Shown here: in pieces, positions 1-12,774 of the stretch
Position numbering within the stretch: position 1 is the first letter of the stretch
Layout of the letters: every line of letters begins with the position of its first letter
From: Epiperipatus broadwayi
Taxonomy: Eukaryota > Animalia > Onychophora
DNA length: 64,000 nucleotides
Reading direction: 5' to 3'
Assembly (NCBI GenBank): GCA_028023455.1
Contig: JAQFVV010000003.1
Coordinates: 13,144,001-13,208,000 of the forward strand
The notes under the pieces: model-generated
Seen by the model: only the letters and a program-made list of their open reading frames with translations
The model's database searches: none
What the model was told of the DNA's origin: nothing
Made by a program: the position numbers and the translations under genes

Positions 1-82
1 ATGAGCATAATGAATCAATCTTCTGAACCATTTAATTTATATTTTTATTTTTCTCCTTTTACTTTTTTTGCATTTTTTCATA

Positions 83-317
83 TATTCAAATATATTGCTT
101 ACAATAACCCCTTCATATGCATTTTAATGCAAAAAACTTTTTATAATGATTCCTTTGTTTCCCTGACAGTTTCGACTTAAAAGGTAGAGGAATTTAAGAT
201 TGTTCTGATGAAGACTGCAGGACAGTCAAAACTCAGGAAAATAAAGGAATCATTAAAAAAAAGTTTTTTGCATTAAAGTGTATATGAAGGGGCTATTGTA
301 AGCAATATATATGAATA
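83..317. repeat. Fold-back inverted repeat (~95 bp arms, 83-177 / 224-317) centred on a hammerhead; PLE terminal-repeat-like
   Basis: tattcaaatatattgcttacaataacccc...cctgacagtttcgact is the reverse complement of agtcaaaactcagg...ggggctattgtaagcaatatatatgaata, with scattered mismatches. Confidence 0.85.
205..237 (+). ncRNA. Minimal type I hammerhead ribozyme core (family A), decayed
   Basis: CTGATGA-a-GACTG cagga CAGTC-aAAA-ctcagg. The inverted arm preserves the ancestral agtcGAAActgtcagg. Confidence 0.7.
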
Positions 318-1199
318 ATTTATAGTAGCAAGCTGTACTTGTTTTGGATTTTTAATCTCCACCTGAAATTCAGATGGTATCTGTATAGGATTATTTTTTA
401 TTAATTGTTTTTTTTTGATACCAAACCACATCCTTGATAGAGTTACCACATTTATATATTAAAAATACAATAACATAAGTACTTAATTTTTACTATTTTT
501 TATTTCATATCTGCCCAGAAGTCTTGTGTTTATTTGTTCTATGCCATTCATACTTTTCTATAGATTGTTTTTTTTCTATAGTCCTATGTAGTGATAAAAT
601 GGCAGAGGCAGATGCAATAACTGAATAAAGTATAAATAAATTTGATCAATTGAATGCAATCTGTTGTATTCAAATCTGCCCCTAATGTTCTTGGGTGTCA
701 CATGACTTTCTAAGCATACAATAATTTTTTTTATTATAAGAATTGTTTTTTGAAGAATTATTTATTATATTTCACATATGTTTGAAAATTGAGCATGTGA
801 TTTTTATTTATAAATATCTTTCTATAGGAGTTTTCATTATATACTGAAAGAATGATAAACCATGTTATGACGTATATATTTTAGAATAATAGTAGTCAAA
901 AAGAATTGGATTTCTTTTTCTATAGTAATAAAAACGTAACAAAAGATGTAACCATTACCTAATGAATATCAATGCTTTATTTTTTTGACTAAATAAAAGT
1001 GCTTTTATTTAAAAAAAACATTGAGATCACTCCTATGTTCATTTTAAAGATTTGTAAAAAATTGAAAATAAAAAATTATTTTCAAAAAATTCAATTATTT
1101 TATATATTCCTTGAAACTGTGATTTCTTTATATGAATAAATAAAAAGATGCAACATTCTATAAAGACTAAAAACTATTTCACATATGTTTTAGAGAGTA

Positions 1200-2095
1200 C
1201 CATATAAATGCTGATATGCAGTCAGATCTAAAATAACTTGAATAACTATATATGAAGAATACTGCTGAGTAATGGAATGAAATTAAACAGAAGATTAAAT
1301 TTTATGGATAATTTTTTGTAGCCCTATATTTTATGTGAAACTAAATTCATAATAGAATCAGAACAAGAACAAAAATTGGCATTCTTAGATGTTCTTGTGA
1401 CAAGTCTCTCTCATGGAAAAATCAAAATTACAGTTTATTGGAAACCTATCCATACAAGAAAATACTTAGTCTATACATCCAATCACACCAGAAACACAAA
1501 ACATGGAATTATACTATCACTATGGAATAGCAATGTTCAGAAACCAGCAATTGGGAAAATGAAAAGATCTATTTAGAACAAACTCTTATGAAAAATGGTT
1601 ATCCATCAGCTGTCCTTAAGAAAACCTTAAATAGACTACAAAAAGTACCATTAAAATTATTAGTACTACAGTGTATCCATAAATACCAAAAACAGTAGAC
1701 AAATTAAGGAAAATCTGCAATCAGTATAACATGAGAATAGCCTTCCAGAGCCATACTACACTATGACAAATTCTAATATCTACAAAGCCTAAACTTGAAA
1801 TGATGAAAAGAAAAAACTCCATCTATGAAATACCAAGTGAATATTGAAGAACATATATTGATGAGATCAGTCATCCCATTGAAAAGTGCTTGCAAGAACA
1901 CAAATTGATGATTAGAAGAGAGAAAACAGATATGATTTAGGTAGCAGATCATGTATGTACCAGTGAACATATGTTCAATTGGGAAAACAAAAATACTGGG
2001 TAGAGAAGAAAAAAGTACAAAGAAGAAAATTGAAGAAGCTGCTCTCATGACTATGGCAGACAATCTCATAAGTCAATCTAGTGTGATTAAACATA
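1200..2095 (+). mobile_element. Penelope-like element remnant: RT C-terminus/thumb plus GIY-YIG endonuclease, with stops and frameshifts
   Basis: KFIIESEQEQKLAFLDVLV...VYWKPIHTRKYLVYTSNH...KHGII (ORF 1376-1576), LMKNGYP, NSIYEIP, TYIDE, QEHK, VADHVCTSEHMFNWEN, IEEAALM. Confidence 0.85.
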
Positions 2096-2139
2096 AATGT
2101 ATGGAAACCACTAATCAAGTTTGTTCTTAAGAAAAAGTG

Positions 2140-2470
2140 AAGAAATAAGGAGGAACCTTATAGATAAGGGTATGAAATTTCTACTGAATGTTGCCTTTGG
2201 CAGAATGGCTCAGTTGGTTATCTTAAAAATTCAATATTCAAGAATCTAAGGGTCCAGGTTCGATTCCCAAGCTGGTATCACTGGCCAGACCAGCAACACC
2301 TGAAGAAGAGGGAAGAATAATACCTCTTGAAATGTTCTAACAGTTGAATGTATTTGGAATATTTAAATCTAAATTTTTCTAAAGACATTTAATACTCAAA
2401 TAAAGGAAATAGTCCAATATGTAAATACAACTAAAGCACCATCATCACAAACCTTCAGGAAAACATCTCT
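2140..2470 (+). repeat. PLE terminal repeat (family B) with tRNA-like A/B boxes followed by a hammerhead
   Basis: Directly follows the GIY-YIG remnant. A box TGGCTCAGTTGG 2206-2217, B box GGTTCGATTCC 2257-2267. Homologous to 33015-33400 and, inverted, to 32730-33012. Confidence 0.8.
2297..2336 (+). ncRNA. Minimal hammerhead core (family B), decayed
   Basis: CAC-CTGAAGA-AGAGG gaagaataata CCTCT-tGAAA-tgtt. Three-copy consensus CAC CTGAAGA A GAGAGG..CCTCTC GAAA CG TT GTG. Confidence 0.65.
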
Positions 2471-3249
2471 TGGATTATTTTTATACCTATACATTTTTTA
2501 AAGTCAAATCTTTCTTAATACATTGTGTCAGTTTTTGCCATCAGATAATTTTTGAATAGTATTTATAAAATATTTCTATTAAAGTTGCTAAAAATTGGAA
2601 CATAAATTTAAAGAAATTGTAATTGGATTTAGCTGAGAGTTTAAACAGAACAGTTATCAATAATGAAAAAAATTTGAAGAGAATCAATTCCAGACATTGT
2701 GGTAAAACATTTTTTATTATGATTGCCATAATACATGAAAAAATAAAGACAATTAACTTTATAGTATTTATCAGACATGACTTCTTTCATCAGTTGCTTC
2801 AGACTACAAGTTAGTTGCCATCACAGTATTAATAATAAATTGAGCAGCTATTATATTTGCATAATCGTCATTCTCTAAGACAGCTGATGAAAAAAATTAA
2901 TCCTGAAATGCAGATGTAAATTGAAAGCATGCTTGGCAGTAATAAAGCTAAATATTAAAAACTACCTTTTCTGTGTGTTTTCATTTTTATCAGATATTAC
3001 GTTGGATCAGAAAAGGATAATTGAATTACAAAAACTATATATTATGCATGATGATTAGAACTGATACTTCTTCAAATTTATTTATATCATATTCAGTATT
3101 GACATATAAATTATTAATTATTTTTAATTGCTTACTAGTAAATTCTATTGCTAATACATTTACATTATTTATTTATTTTATATTATATGTTCAACTTTCA
3201 CATTTTTTCACCTCTTTGAATTGGATATCAAATAAATCTTTTTAATAAC

Positions 3250-3900
3250 ACGTGCATTACTGTATTGATGGAGTCTACCCATCTCATTGCTCTCGTACTT
3301 TTTTTTATCACAGTCATTGCACTAGTTCCTGTCCAATCAAATCAAGTTATCTGCAAATTTGTATTTACCTTTCTGTCAATGAGTAATTCACTTCATCAAC
3401 CTTTTCCCTGTCCATTTTCAGTGACTAATTTTCACATCCTTAGAAAAATACAAAAAATAATACAGCTTGAACATTTCTAATCTTCAATAAGGATAAATCT
3501 CTAATTTTTTTTAGCCTTTTAATGCAATTCTTAACAGTATTAGCCTATAATGAATTTTTTGGCTGCTGAATCATTTGCTCTTGATGGACTGTCTAAAAAA
3601 AATAGAAATATCATCACTATCATCTGCTGATTCTATTATCATAGTCTTTGTTTAAGCTGATTAATAGATACTTGTTAAAAAACTTATAATCATTCATTTC
3701 AGAAGTGAAGTGATATTGTTTTCAATTTGATTTGTCTATAGGAAGTCAACCATTATGAGCCTCTCTTGCTATCAGACATTCATCCTAATTGTGAAAATGG
3801 AAATGTATGTTTGCACAATCACCCTTTCATCCTAAAATTATACCCACAGAAATTCTGACTCCAATCTTTTCTCTTTTTCCCACTCTTAAACTTTTTATTC
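3250..3900 (-). mobile_element. Highly decayed LINE (endonuclease region) fragment
   Basis: Minus-strand patches such as SEFLWV and LKIRNVQAV resemble APE-type LINE endonuclease. Many stops. Confidence 0.35.
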
Positions 3901-4429
3901 TTTATCTTTCTATTTTCATTTTCTTTCTTCTTTTCTGGAGTTAAATTATCCCACTCATGTATGATGGGTTTATAATGATAACGAATGGAAACCTTTAATA
4001 TTTTAACAGAGATTACTGATTAACATATACATATGTTAAGTTCTTTGCTCAATGGCAGATAACAACAGAATACTAAGATCAAGTGATGACATTTGTTTCT
4101 CGTTGCTGGTAATTAGCCACTGCTTGGCAATCTAGTAACACATTCTATTTTAGTTTTTCAATATTTGAATGTATGTTTTAAACTTCAATGTGCTCTTTGT
4201 ATGATTATGATGCACTAATAATTAATTAAACTTTACATATGAAGAAATAAACATGATTATTTATAAGTGATAGATCAATGATAAATAAAATTTTATGATT
4301 TTCCCCAAGTAATTTAAAATGTCTGGAAATATATACATTCCACCTACATTAAATGGCATGTAAAATGGATTTAATTTTTAACATCCTCCAACTTTGCGTT
4401 CTTTTCTCCATATTATTTAATGAATTTAA

Positions 4430-5150
4430 TATCTGCAACGAATGATTTTCATTGACATTTGGATAACTTTTTAAAATCGAAAATAAAATTTAACTAAAGT
4501 TATACATTTTTTTTATAAAAGTCTATTCTATCATTTTTAAAGAACTTAAAATAATAACAGAGACAATAATTAGAAGTTAAAGAGTATTTGGGTGGGTACT
4601 ACAATGGAAGATTTTTTTTTTAATGGATATTTTATAAAGAAATGAAAATAAACGACGTCGAAATATAAGAAGATTATTGTACTTTATTCATTTTAAAAAA
4701 TTAGCTGAAAAATGACAGCTTTCAGTTAAACCATAAACAGATGCAATCTAGACAACTCCAGCTAAATTTACTTTCGAACTTGTAAACACTGTGATCATGT
4801 GACGACAACCTGGGCTTGATCATGTGACTAAAATAAATAAATTAGATACTGTACTTAAAATATAACAAATGAATCAGTTGTTTTTATTAACAACAAAATA
4901 TTCCATATGTCTGTATTTATACTGCGGGTATGTTAAGTTCTCTGCCAAAAGTCAAAGTGAGGTCATTAAGTAATCGAATATTATAACCAAGTAACAACAC
5001 TCGATCATCATCTGTTCCGGTAGTTGCCATCCTCTTAACATAATTTGAGTGTCATAAATTATATATTAAAATGTGTACAATTGGAGATATGGCATTTAAT
5101 GTGAGATAATAAAATAGATTGGGAGAATCAGTTCGTTTTTGCTTGTTTGT
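4430..5150. promoter_or_regulatory. CpG-retaining promoter-like island with two TCATGTGAC (MiT/TFE-type E-box) motifs
   Basis: About a dozen CpGs in a CpG-poor background. gatcatgtgac at ~4793 and ~4818. Donor-like cgg|gtatgt at 4927/4928. Confidence 0.45.
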
Positions 5151-6099
5151 AGCACCTCTTGTTAAACATATCCTCATTCTTTTTTTAAAGTTAGACAAGA
5201 AGTTATGATAAAAACTAAAACTATTAGTACTTTTTTATGAGAAAAAGATTAGCTTAGAAAAATCATTTATATATCAACATAGAAATTATTCTTTAAGAAA
5301 GGCGTGTAATCCTATAATTCAATTTCCAAATCTATACATTACTTGGGTAATAGACATAGCAACTTCTATCTTTGTAATGCAAAATACTGTCATTAGAACT
5401 GGTGACAAGTCTTTGAAGCATTATTACTTTTGAATAAATAATGCAACATTAATTTCTTTGCTGTGTAGATATTTTGTCATAAAGGCTGCTGGATGAACTC
5501 CTGAAACTTTATTTGCCTTTATATCTGTTACAATTTAATTTAATTCTCTAGGAACTTTGATTATATTTTTCTTTGTTATTCTTTAATATTTGCATTTTTA
5601 AAATCACTTTCTTCCAAATGTAACAATTTTTATTTTGATCAGTGTAAACCAGTTTATTATATTTAGTTGATATTATTTATTTTGGATGGGATAAACAAAT
5701 AGATCTGAATATTTAAAAATTGTAATTAAGAATGAGAACACCAGTGTTTTTAATTCATTATTGTAATAATGTATTTATACTAACTGGAAATAAATATCCA
5801 GAATGATACAGGTTCAACATTTTCACTAGAATCTGGCAATTTATCTTAGTTAGCTTTATATTTGTTTACTACTACTACTACTGCTGCTATTATTATTATC
5901 ATCATCAGTATTATTATGTTTCAAAAGAACTTTATTCTAAAAAAAAAATATTATAGATAAGTATACTTTGCTATACAGGATGAATAATTGAAATTACATT
6001 GAATTTAGAAAAAAATAATATTACAGACGTGTTTCTGGAAAAACTAAAAAGACCAGAAATGATTTAGAGAAAATGATGAAATAAAAGATAAGCATATAT

Positions 6100-6950
6100 A
6101 TTGTTACATTAAAAGTTGGAAAGCTGCCATATAAAAAGCCAAGTTGGTGCATGTATAATCTGGTGGGGAGATTTTTTTTTTTTTGTTTATTTTGATGATC
6201 TCAAATTTATTTTTTAAAATGTTTGGGTGTCTTTTACTATTGTTATTATAAAGAAATATACACTTTGTACACCATAATTCACAGAGTATAAATATTATAT
6301 TGCAGATTTCTGCAAAGGTTGTTATTGGGAATGATTGGGTGAATGGTGCTGTTCTTTTTTTTCTATGAATTGTATTTATATAAGTTCTGGCAGTTTTTAG
6401 ATTGATGCATTGAAACAAAAAATGATTTTGGTCCTCTTTTTCCCTGTGGCATATGCCACATATGTATCGATATTGGTATAATATCTCATATTTAAAGAAC
6501 TGTAATGTTTGCAGCGTACCTTATGCTTAATTTGAGAAGAAAATCAAAGAATTTAGACTTATGTATCCACTACTTGAACATCAGGAGTTATTTTTATTAA
6601 TCCCAAATACTAATGAAATGCTTGTTTCACTTAAACTTAAGAATAATGTACATGTTTTCCAATAGATGCACTTTTCTGGAGAGAATTCTGTTTTATGATT
6701 TGTGGATATAATAGATCTAGGATTGTTGCCCAATGCTTTGAATGTGGAGGTGGTTTCTTTGTTGGTGTTACAATGATTACTGTTTCAATGTGAGATAGAA
6801 TTTTCTTCATGGTCGGTAGGAGGTTAAGTGTTTTCTGTATTCTGAATATACTAGAATGTGCTTGAAATTTTCTAATTGAGATAGCAATTGTTTTTATTTC
6901 CCATAAAAGTTTTCTACTTAGTGAGTAAACTCCTGTAGTAAATGATTTTG
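6100..6950 (-). mobile_element. Decayed LINE RT C-terminal fragment
   Basis: Minus-strand patches IKTIAISI, WKTCTLFL, KSKFFDFLLKLSIRYAA resemble post-RT LINE sequence. Many stops. Confidence 0.3.
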
Positions 6951-9199
6951 AGAAAATACATAATTTCTGTGATAATTTCTTGATAATGATTATTATTATT
7001 GCACTTAAATAAATGAATTGAATTATTATTATTATTGTATACTTAAAATCTTAAATAGGTGGAGACAAAATTGTTTAAATCTAATAAAACCTTTTGCTGA
7101 TAAATGACCAATAATGAATTCTGGTATCTAGTATCAAAGTTTGAAATCTAAATTTTATCATTCATATGTACTTTTTTTTTTTTTACAAAATTATTTGATA
7201 TTATTTAATTATAAAATAGTTTTTCATTTTTAAATTGTCTATAATATAGAAGTATTTGACACATAAAATAATAATATTTATAGAAAATTTGAGAATATTG
7301 TTTTTTTAAAGATCCAGTAATATTAGCAGGGATAGAGATTATGGCAGAAAACATTGCTAAAAAATTGAAAAAGAAAAAAAAAACTAGATGATTTTGTTAA
7401 GCAGCAAACAAATAGTATTATGAATAAGTGATTGAAAATCCCAACATTACTAGCAAATAAAGTAGAAAAGCATACATCTTTATATCAGGTTTTTTTTTTT
7501 TGAAAGAAGCTAGCAAATCTCAAATAAATAGAATTGATCATAATAGAAAAATATTAGAAATTTTTATCAATAACTTCCAAACAATCATAACAAATGAATT
7601 TAATATGCAAATAATAGAAAAACAATAAAACTTTCCATTTGTAAAAACCATAGCAAAATTGAGAAAGTAGACAACAACTTCGATATTGAAGATCCTGTTT
7701 CATGATTAAGTAAAAAAAAACAAATTAAACAGTAAATTTAATAGTTCAGCATGGTCCTATATAAACCAATCACTTTAATTCCCCTAAAACGGATAACAAA
7801 AAAAAAAAAAAAATCATAATATATTTCACCAGAATACTAGTGAAATGACAAAGAACATGTCTATGATTGATTTATTCTTAATTTAAATAAAGAATATATT
7901 GTTTTGCTTGTAAATTGTTTTATTTTCTTATAAGATACATTGGATTAATTTTATGATTGACCTCATTTAACACAACAAATAAAAGTGCATAAATAATCTT
8001 CAGTACATTTATATGCTGCTTCAAGTTGAACATAATTTCTGCAATAATAATCTTATTGATAAAAATCTAAAAAAACATTTGAAATTAGAAAATGCACACA
8101 TTTAGAACAGGTTTTTTAAAACAATAATTACAACTATTTTATATTTATTTCAACATAACTTACGTTTTTGAGACTCTTCTTTTATATATACTGCACAGTA
8201 GTAATTTTTTGGATTTAATTGAGTTGATTACAAACTTTGATTCAGTTTTAAATGATAATTTAATTTTTTAAAAAAGGATAGTAATATTTATCTCATTTAA
8301 TTCAAAATCAGTTATTAAGTGGAATAATAAATACAAACAACCATTAAAGATGCAATAAAACAATCAAAATATAGATTTATCAAAAACAACTTTTGTTTGT
8401 TTTTTATTTTATTAATATGATAGATATTGAAAGAAAAAGTAAATTTTTTTAAAGTTGACGTAAATCACAATAAACCAGGAAAAAAAAAAAGAATCAATCC
8501 CAGCTATTTTATTCAATTGGGGGTTAAATTTATTTGAGGGTATATCAAGAGATGCTAGTGCACAGGGACTTTCAGAGAAGAGGCCATTAAAATTTAAAAT
8601 AAGAATGTGGGAAGAAAAAGAGAAGAAATGAGAGTTTTTACTTATAGGGCTGAAAAGAGGACTCTGGGAGCAGTTAGCTACAAGTTGCAGAAATGAGCAA
8701 ACAGATCAGATCCAGATAGCATTTGGATAGGATAGATTCACTCTAGCACTGCTAGTATTGTAAAACCCTGTTATCACAAAACTGACTTACAGGGGGCTGA
8801 GACTATTCTTCTGGTTGCCATGCACTGCAGTCGCTTTTGTTACAGAGTCGTCAAATTGGCACCTCATCCCTAAACTGGCTTATGTTTTTGACTCATGGTA
8901 TGCCTGCTTGGAAAAGTTTTTCTCAAATATTTTTTTGGGAGTTTAACTGTAAAATTAAAGCATTCTACAAGCTGTGACATTATTTTGCATTCTATATTTT
9001 TGTTTAACATATTGAATTGCCATGTTGAGGCACAGGGCAGCTGCCCTTCCCATCCCCCCTCTGATTGGCCCTGCTAGCACACATATTCTACAAAAATGAT
9101 AAAGCTTTTTGTGTACTATGCAGAAGCTATTATTTAAATTTCTTTATTAGTACACTCTGCAAAATCTTCAATATAAGTCTAAATTATTTTTTGTCTTTT

Positions 9200-10294
9200 A
9201 CAAAATATATACAATACATTTGTTTCATCAACATCATTCTGATTTTTTTTTTTTAAAAAAAAAACATATTGAAAATCTTACTCGTAAATCTTTATCTGGA
9301 ACAAGGCAAGATTGCCTTTTGGAACTGTTCATTTTTAAATTCTTCACTTTAACCCTAATAAACAATATTTTCAATAACATTTCCGATTATACATCAAAAA
9401 ATGATTTTTTTTTTTTTTTTGTCATATAGTGAAAAATTAATGAATTCAAATTTTTAGCTAGTTTGGTTATTTGGTTTGGAGTTTTATCAAAAATCAATGC
9501 TGTAAATAAAATTTTATAAAATCAAAAATGTATATAATTATAGGTCCAAAACATTTTAAAACATTGAATGTTTTTTGAAAACTACTAAAATGAATTCAAA
9601 AATGTCATCATCGCAGCAAAGAAGCATTACAAAAGAATTAAACGTAATACTAAATTTTAAGTTTTTCTATGGGGGGGGGGGTAATTAAGAAGATCAAGAT
9701 AAGTTATCAACTTTAATGATAAAGATGATTTGTGTAAATATTTTTAATCAATAAAAAAATCATTTTGAAAAAAAAAACATTAAAATGTTTTGTATATATT
9801 TTAATGAATATTTATTTAAGTATCATCAAGATACACAACGTGTATATTTCTATTTGAACAGAGATTTAAATGGTGCAGATGTATTAAAGAAATCAAAATG
9901 CTTTAGTCAATAATTTTAAAAAATTTCTAGCCTTGATACATTAAGATATACACTTAAAAAAACTATCTGAAACTTACCAAACTTATCAATTGTCCTTCAA
10001 ATTATGATAACAACAACAGTTATTTTGGCATCAGATGAAAAAAGATTTTCAGAATTAAAATTGAATAAAAACTATTTGTTATTAACAAGTGAAAAACACT
10101 TCACTTCATTGACCATCCTTTCAATATAAAATGAAATTCTATGAATTATGATGATCAAAAACATCAAGAAAAAATTGTTAATATTTTTTTCTTGCTCTTC
10201 TATTTTTTTTTAATATAAAAATTTATAAGTACATATATTTTATTTTGTATTGCAAAATACTTGAACTCAACCTTACAAAAATTTATAACAGCCT
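9200..10294 (+). mobile_element. hAT transposase remnant (ZMYM1/TTF-like) including the C-terminal dimerisation domain
   Basis: 9971-10130 reads NLPNLSIVLQIMITTTVILASDEKRFSELKLNKNYLLLTSEKHFTSLTILSI. Upstream FKFLASLVIWFGVLSKINAVNKIL and FKNVIIAAK. Confidence 0.85.
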
Positions 10295-10363
10295 TGGATT
10301 TGTTTTATATATATATATAAATTATAACTAAATGATTTTTTGTTTGTTTTTATATATTTATAG

Positions 10364-10402
10364 GACAGACGACACTCCCATATAAGATGCTACCTGAACA
10401 CA
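10364..10402 (+). CDS. Candidate 39-nt exon (GQTTLPYKMLPEH or DRRHSHIRCYLNT), unknown gene
   Basis: Long T-rich tract with tatag| acceptor, ca|gtaaat donor, length 3n, two open frames, retained CpG. No homology recognised. Confidence 0.35.
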
Positions 10403-10459
10403 GTAAATTTAAGTTTTATTTATTTTCCTTTATATAATATAAATGATCAAAGCTGATAT

Positions 10460-10890
10460 TTATTTAAAGCTATATTGGTTTATAAATATAAATACATGAA
10501 AACAGCTCATAACTATTCAACACCAAGAATCTGTAAGGCAACCTTTTATTAATGAAAAAATTTGCTACCACATTTCTCTAAGATTAATATCTACCTGAGA
10601 CAGGTTGTGATTTTTAATTCATAGGAGTTTAAATAAACTCCATCAAAAAGGAAAATAAAACCTGTTTTGGAAGCAGACTAACAAGAAAGTTGCCTTAACA
10701 GCAGATTGAAACATTTTTGGTGTTGAATAGGCATGGCTGTTTTTATATATTTATAAATCAAACTAGCTTTGAACAAACAAAATATTTATTATCTTAATAA
10801 TAATTAGTTTCAGAAGAATTTGAAAGTTAAAATTGACTAATAATTAGTTTTCTTTCAAAACAGGTTTTATTTGCCTGTTTAATTAAACTC
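10460..10890. repeat. Multi-part fold-back repeat; related copy at 12700-12775
   Basis: 10460-10545 is the inverse of 10690-10778. 10855-10890 is the inverse of 10625-10670. Confidence 0.7.
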
Positions 10891-11550
10891 TTCACTGGCA
10901 TAATGCAGTAATGCTGCACAGTATTTACTATTTGGGGGATTATGATGGCACTGCTTTATCTATATTTTTTTTTTCATTATTTTAAGTTTATCTATAACTT
11001 TACATTATCATGCACAGTTTTATTTACTATAGTTACTATTTTAAAATTATTAGTTTTAAAAAAATCTGAAGATATTAACATCATGTGGACCTTTAGGAAA
11101 TTATCTAATTTGATGTGATGTGATGCACTATGATTTCTCCTTATACAAACTTAGGAATCTTTCAGCCACTATGTCCAGAGAAACCTGTTAGCCACTTTCC
11201 ATTCCCACCCTAACTTTACCCACATTATTCTCTATCCTGCTCCATACCATTTCCACAACTTAATCTTTGTCAACTCCAGAGCCTTTATATCTAAATTTTA
11301 TATGAAGTTGTTAGATCTTCCCCCTTTTGGTATCAATAGAAATGTCTTTCTGATTGGTAGATGTTTTGCCTCAGGTGTAATTTTCAATTTTTTATCTTAG
11401 AAAAGAAAAATACTTTTTTAAAACCAAAAACACATGTGACTACAATTAAATTTTACTTGAAAAATTTATTATTAAAAAGATAAGTTATAAAAAGTTTATT
11501 ACAGCAAAGTGGCAGCAGTTCTTACAGGTTATATAAAATGGTCTTTTATT

Positions 11551-12197
11551 AAAAAATAAATAATTCACACACATATATATATTCTTCTTTATAAAACTTG
11601 ATTTACTACATGAACTATATTATTCCATAACATAAAATATTCTACCAATGTTTTGACTATATCCTATATAACATTTTTCAAGGCAAATTTAAAAATATAT
11701 ATAAATAATAACACATATACATATAAATACAAATATTCTATATTTATTCAACAAATAAAAAATGATTTAATTAGAGTGGAATGTGTAAAATGAGAATTAA
11801 TTAGATAGAGTATTTAAGGAATGAATTTAACAGAAATTTAAAATTTTAGAAAGAAGATATGAAAAGTAATATAATTTTTTCAGTTTTTTTTTCATTTTAT
11901 TTTATGTTATTTTTATTGGTATTTTGTATTGTTATTTTTTATTAATTATTTTTTGCTATTATTATTTTTTATTATTGTGTTTGTTTTTTTTTTTAATTTT
12001 TTATTTATTGTATAAATATGGAATATTTGTATTTATATGTATTTATTCTTTTTATATATTTTTTAGTTTGAAAAAAACTATAATAGAATATAGTTGAAAC
12101 ATTAGTGGAATATTATATGTTATCGAATAATAAATAGTTCATGTAATAAATATAGTTTTATGAATGAGATATATATGTGTGTCAATTATTTATTTAT
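11551..12197. repeat. Large AT-rich inverted repeat (~200 bp arms)
   Basis: 11551-11760 is the diverged reverse complement of 11997-12197 (e.g. actacatgaactatattatt / aataaatagttcatgtaat). Confidence 0.7.
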
Positions 12198-12774
12198 TGA
12201 TGTTAATGGAATATTTTGTAAAATAAATGTTTGGGTATAATAAGATTCTTTTATCAAAATTAATAAAGAATTTTTTTTTAAATTTATGTTTATTTTAGAC
12301 ATTTTTTTTTTTTTTAATGATAATCCTAAGTTCAACTTAAATTTAAAATATAAAATTCAGATATCAAATATTTCATTCTATCAACTTTTTGAATAGATAA
12401 AATGCAACCAATAACATCAAGAGTTATTGTAAGAGTTATTATCTCTGTTTACTATTTTATTTCCTAGTTTAAAAAGTTTAAATATTAATTTTTATAATGT
12501 TTATCACTTGAAAATTTACATTTATAATAAATAATGTAAAGATGATCAATATACGATATAGCAAAAAGATTTAATGATAAAAATAAAATGTTCCAATATG
12601 GAAGAAAATCTTGTTAGAGCTTATTCAGATAAAATAAGTGGAATTGGAATCTTAAAGAGTTAATAACTTTATTTAAACTCTGAATTAAAAATCTCAATCT
12701 GTCTTATTCAGGTGTCAATATTTTTCATTAATAAAAGATTGCCTTGACAACATATTGAAGATTCTTGGTATTGA

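Noticed and set aside
2500-2990. ORFs 2541-2729 and 2623-2814 and a ctgatga...tgaaa motif at ~2884
   Set aside because: No assignable protein motif, and no stem II between the motifs.
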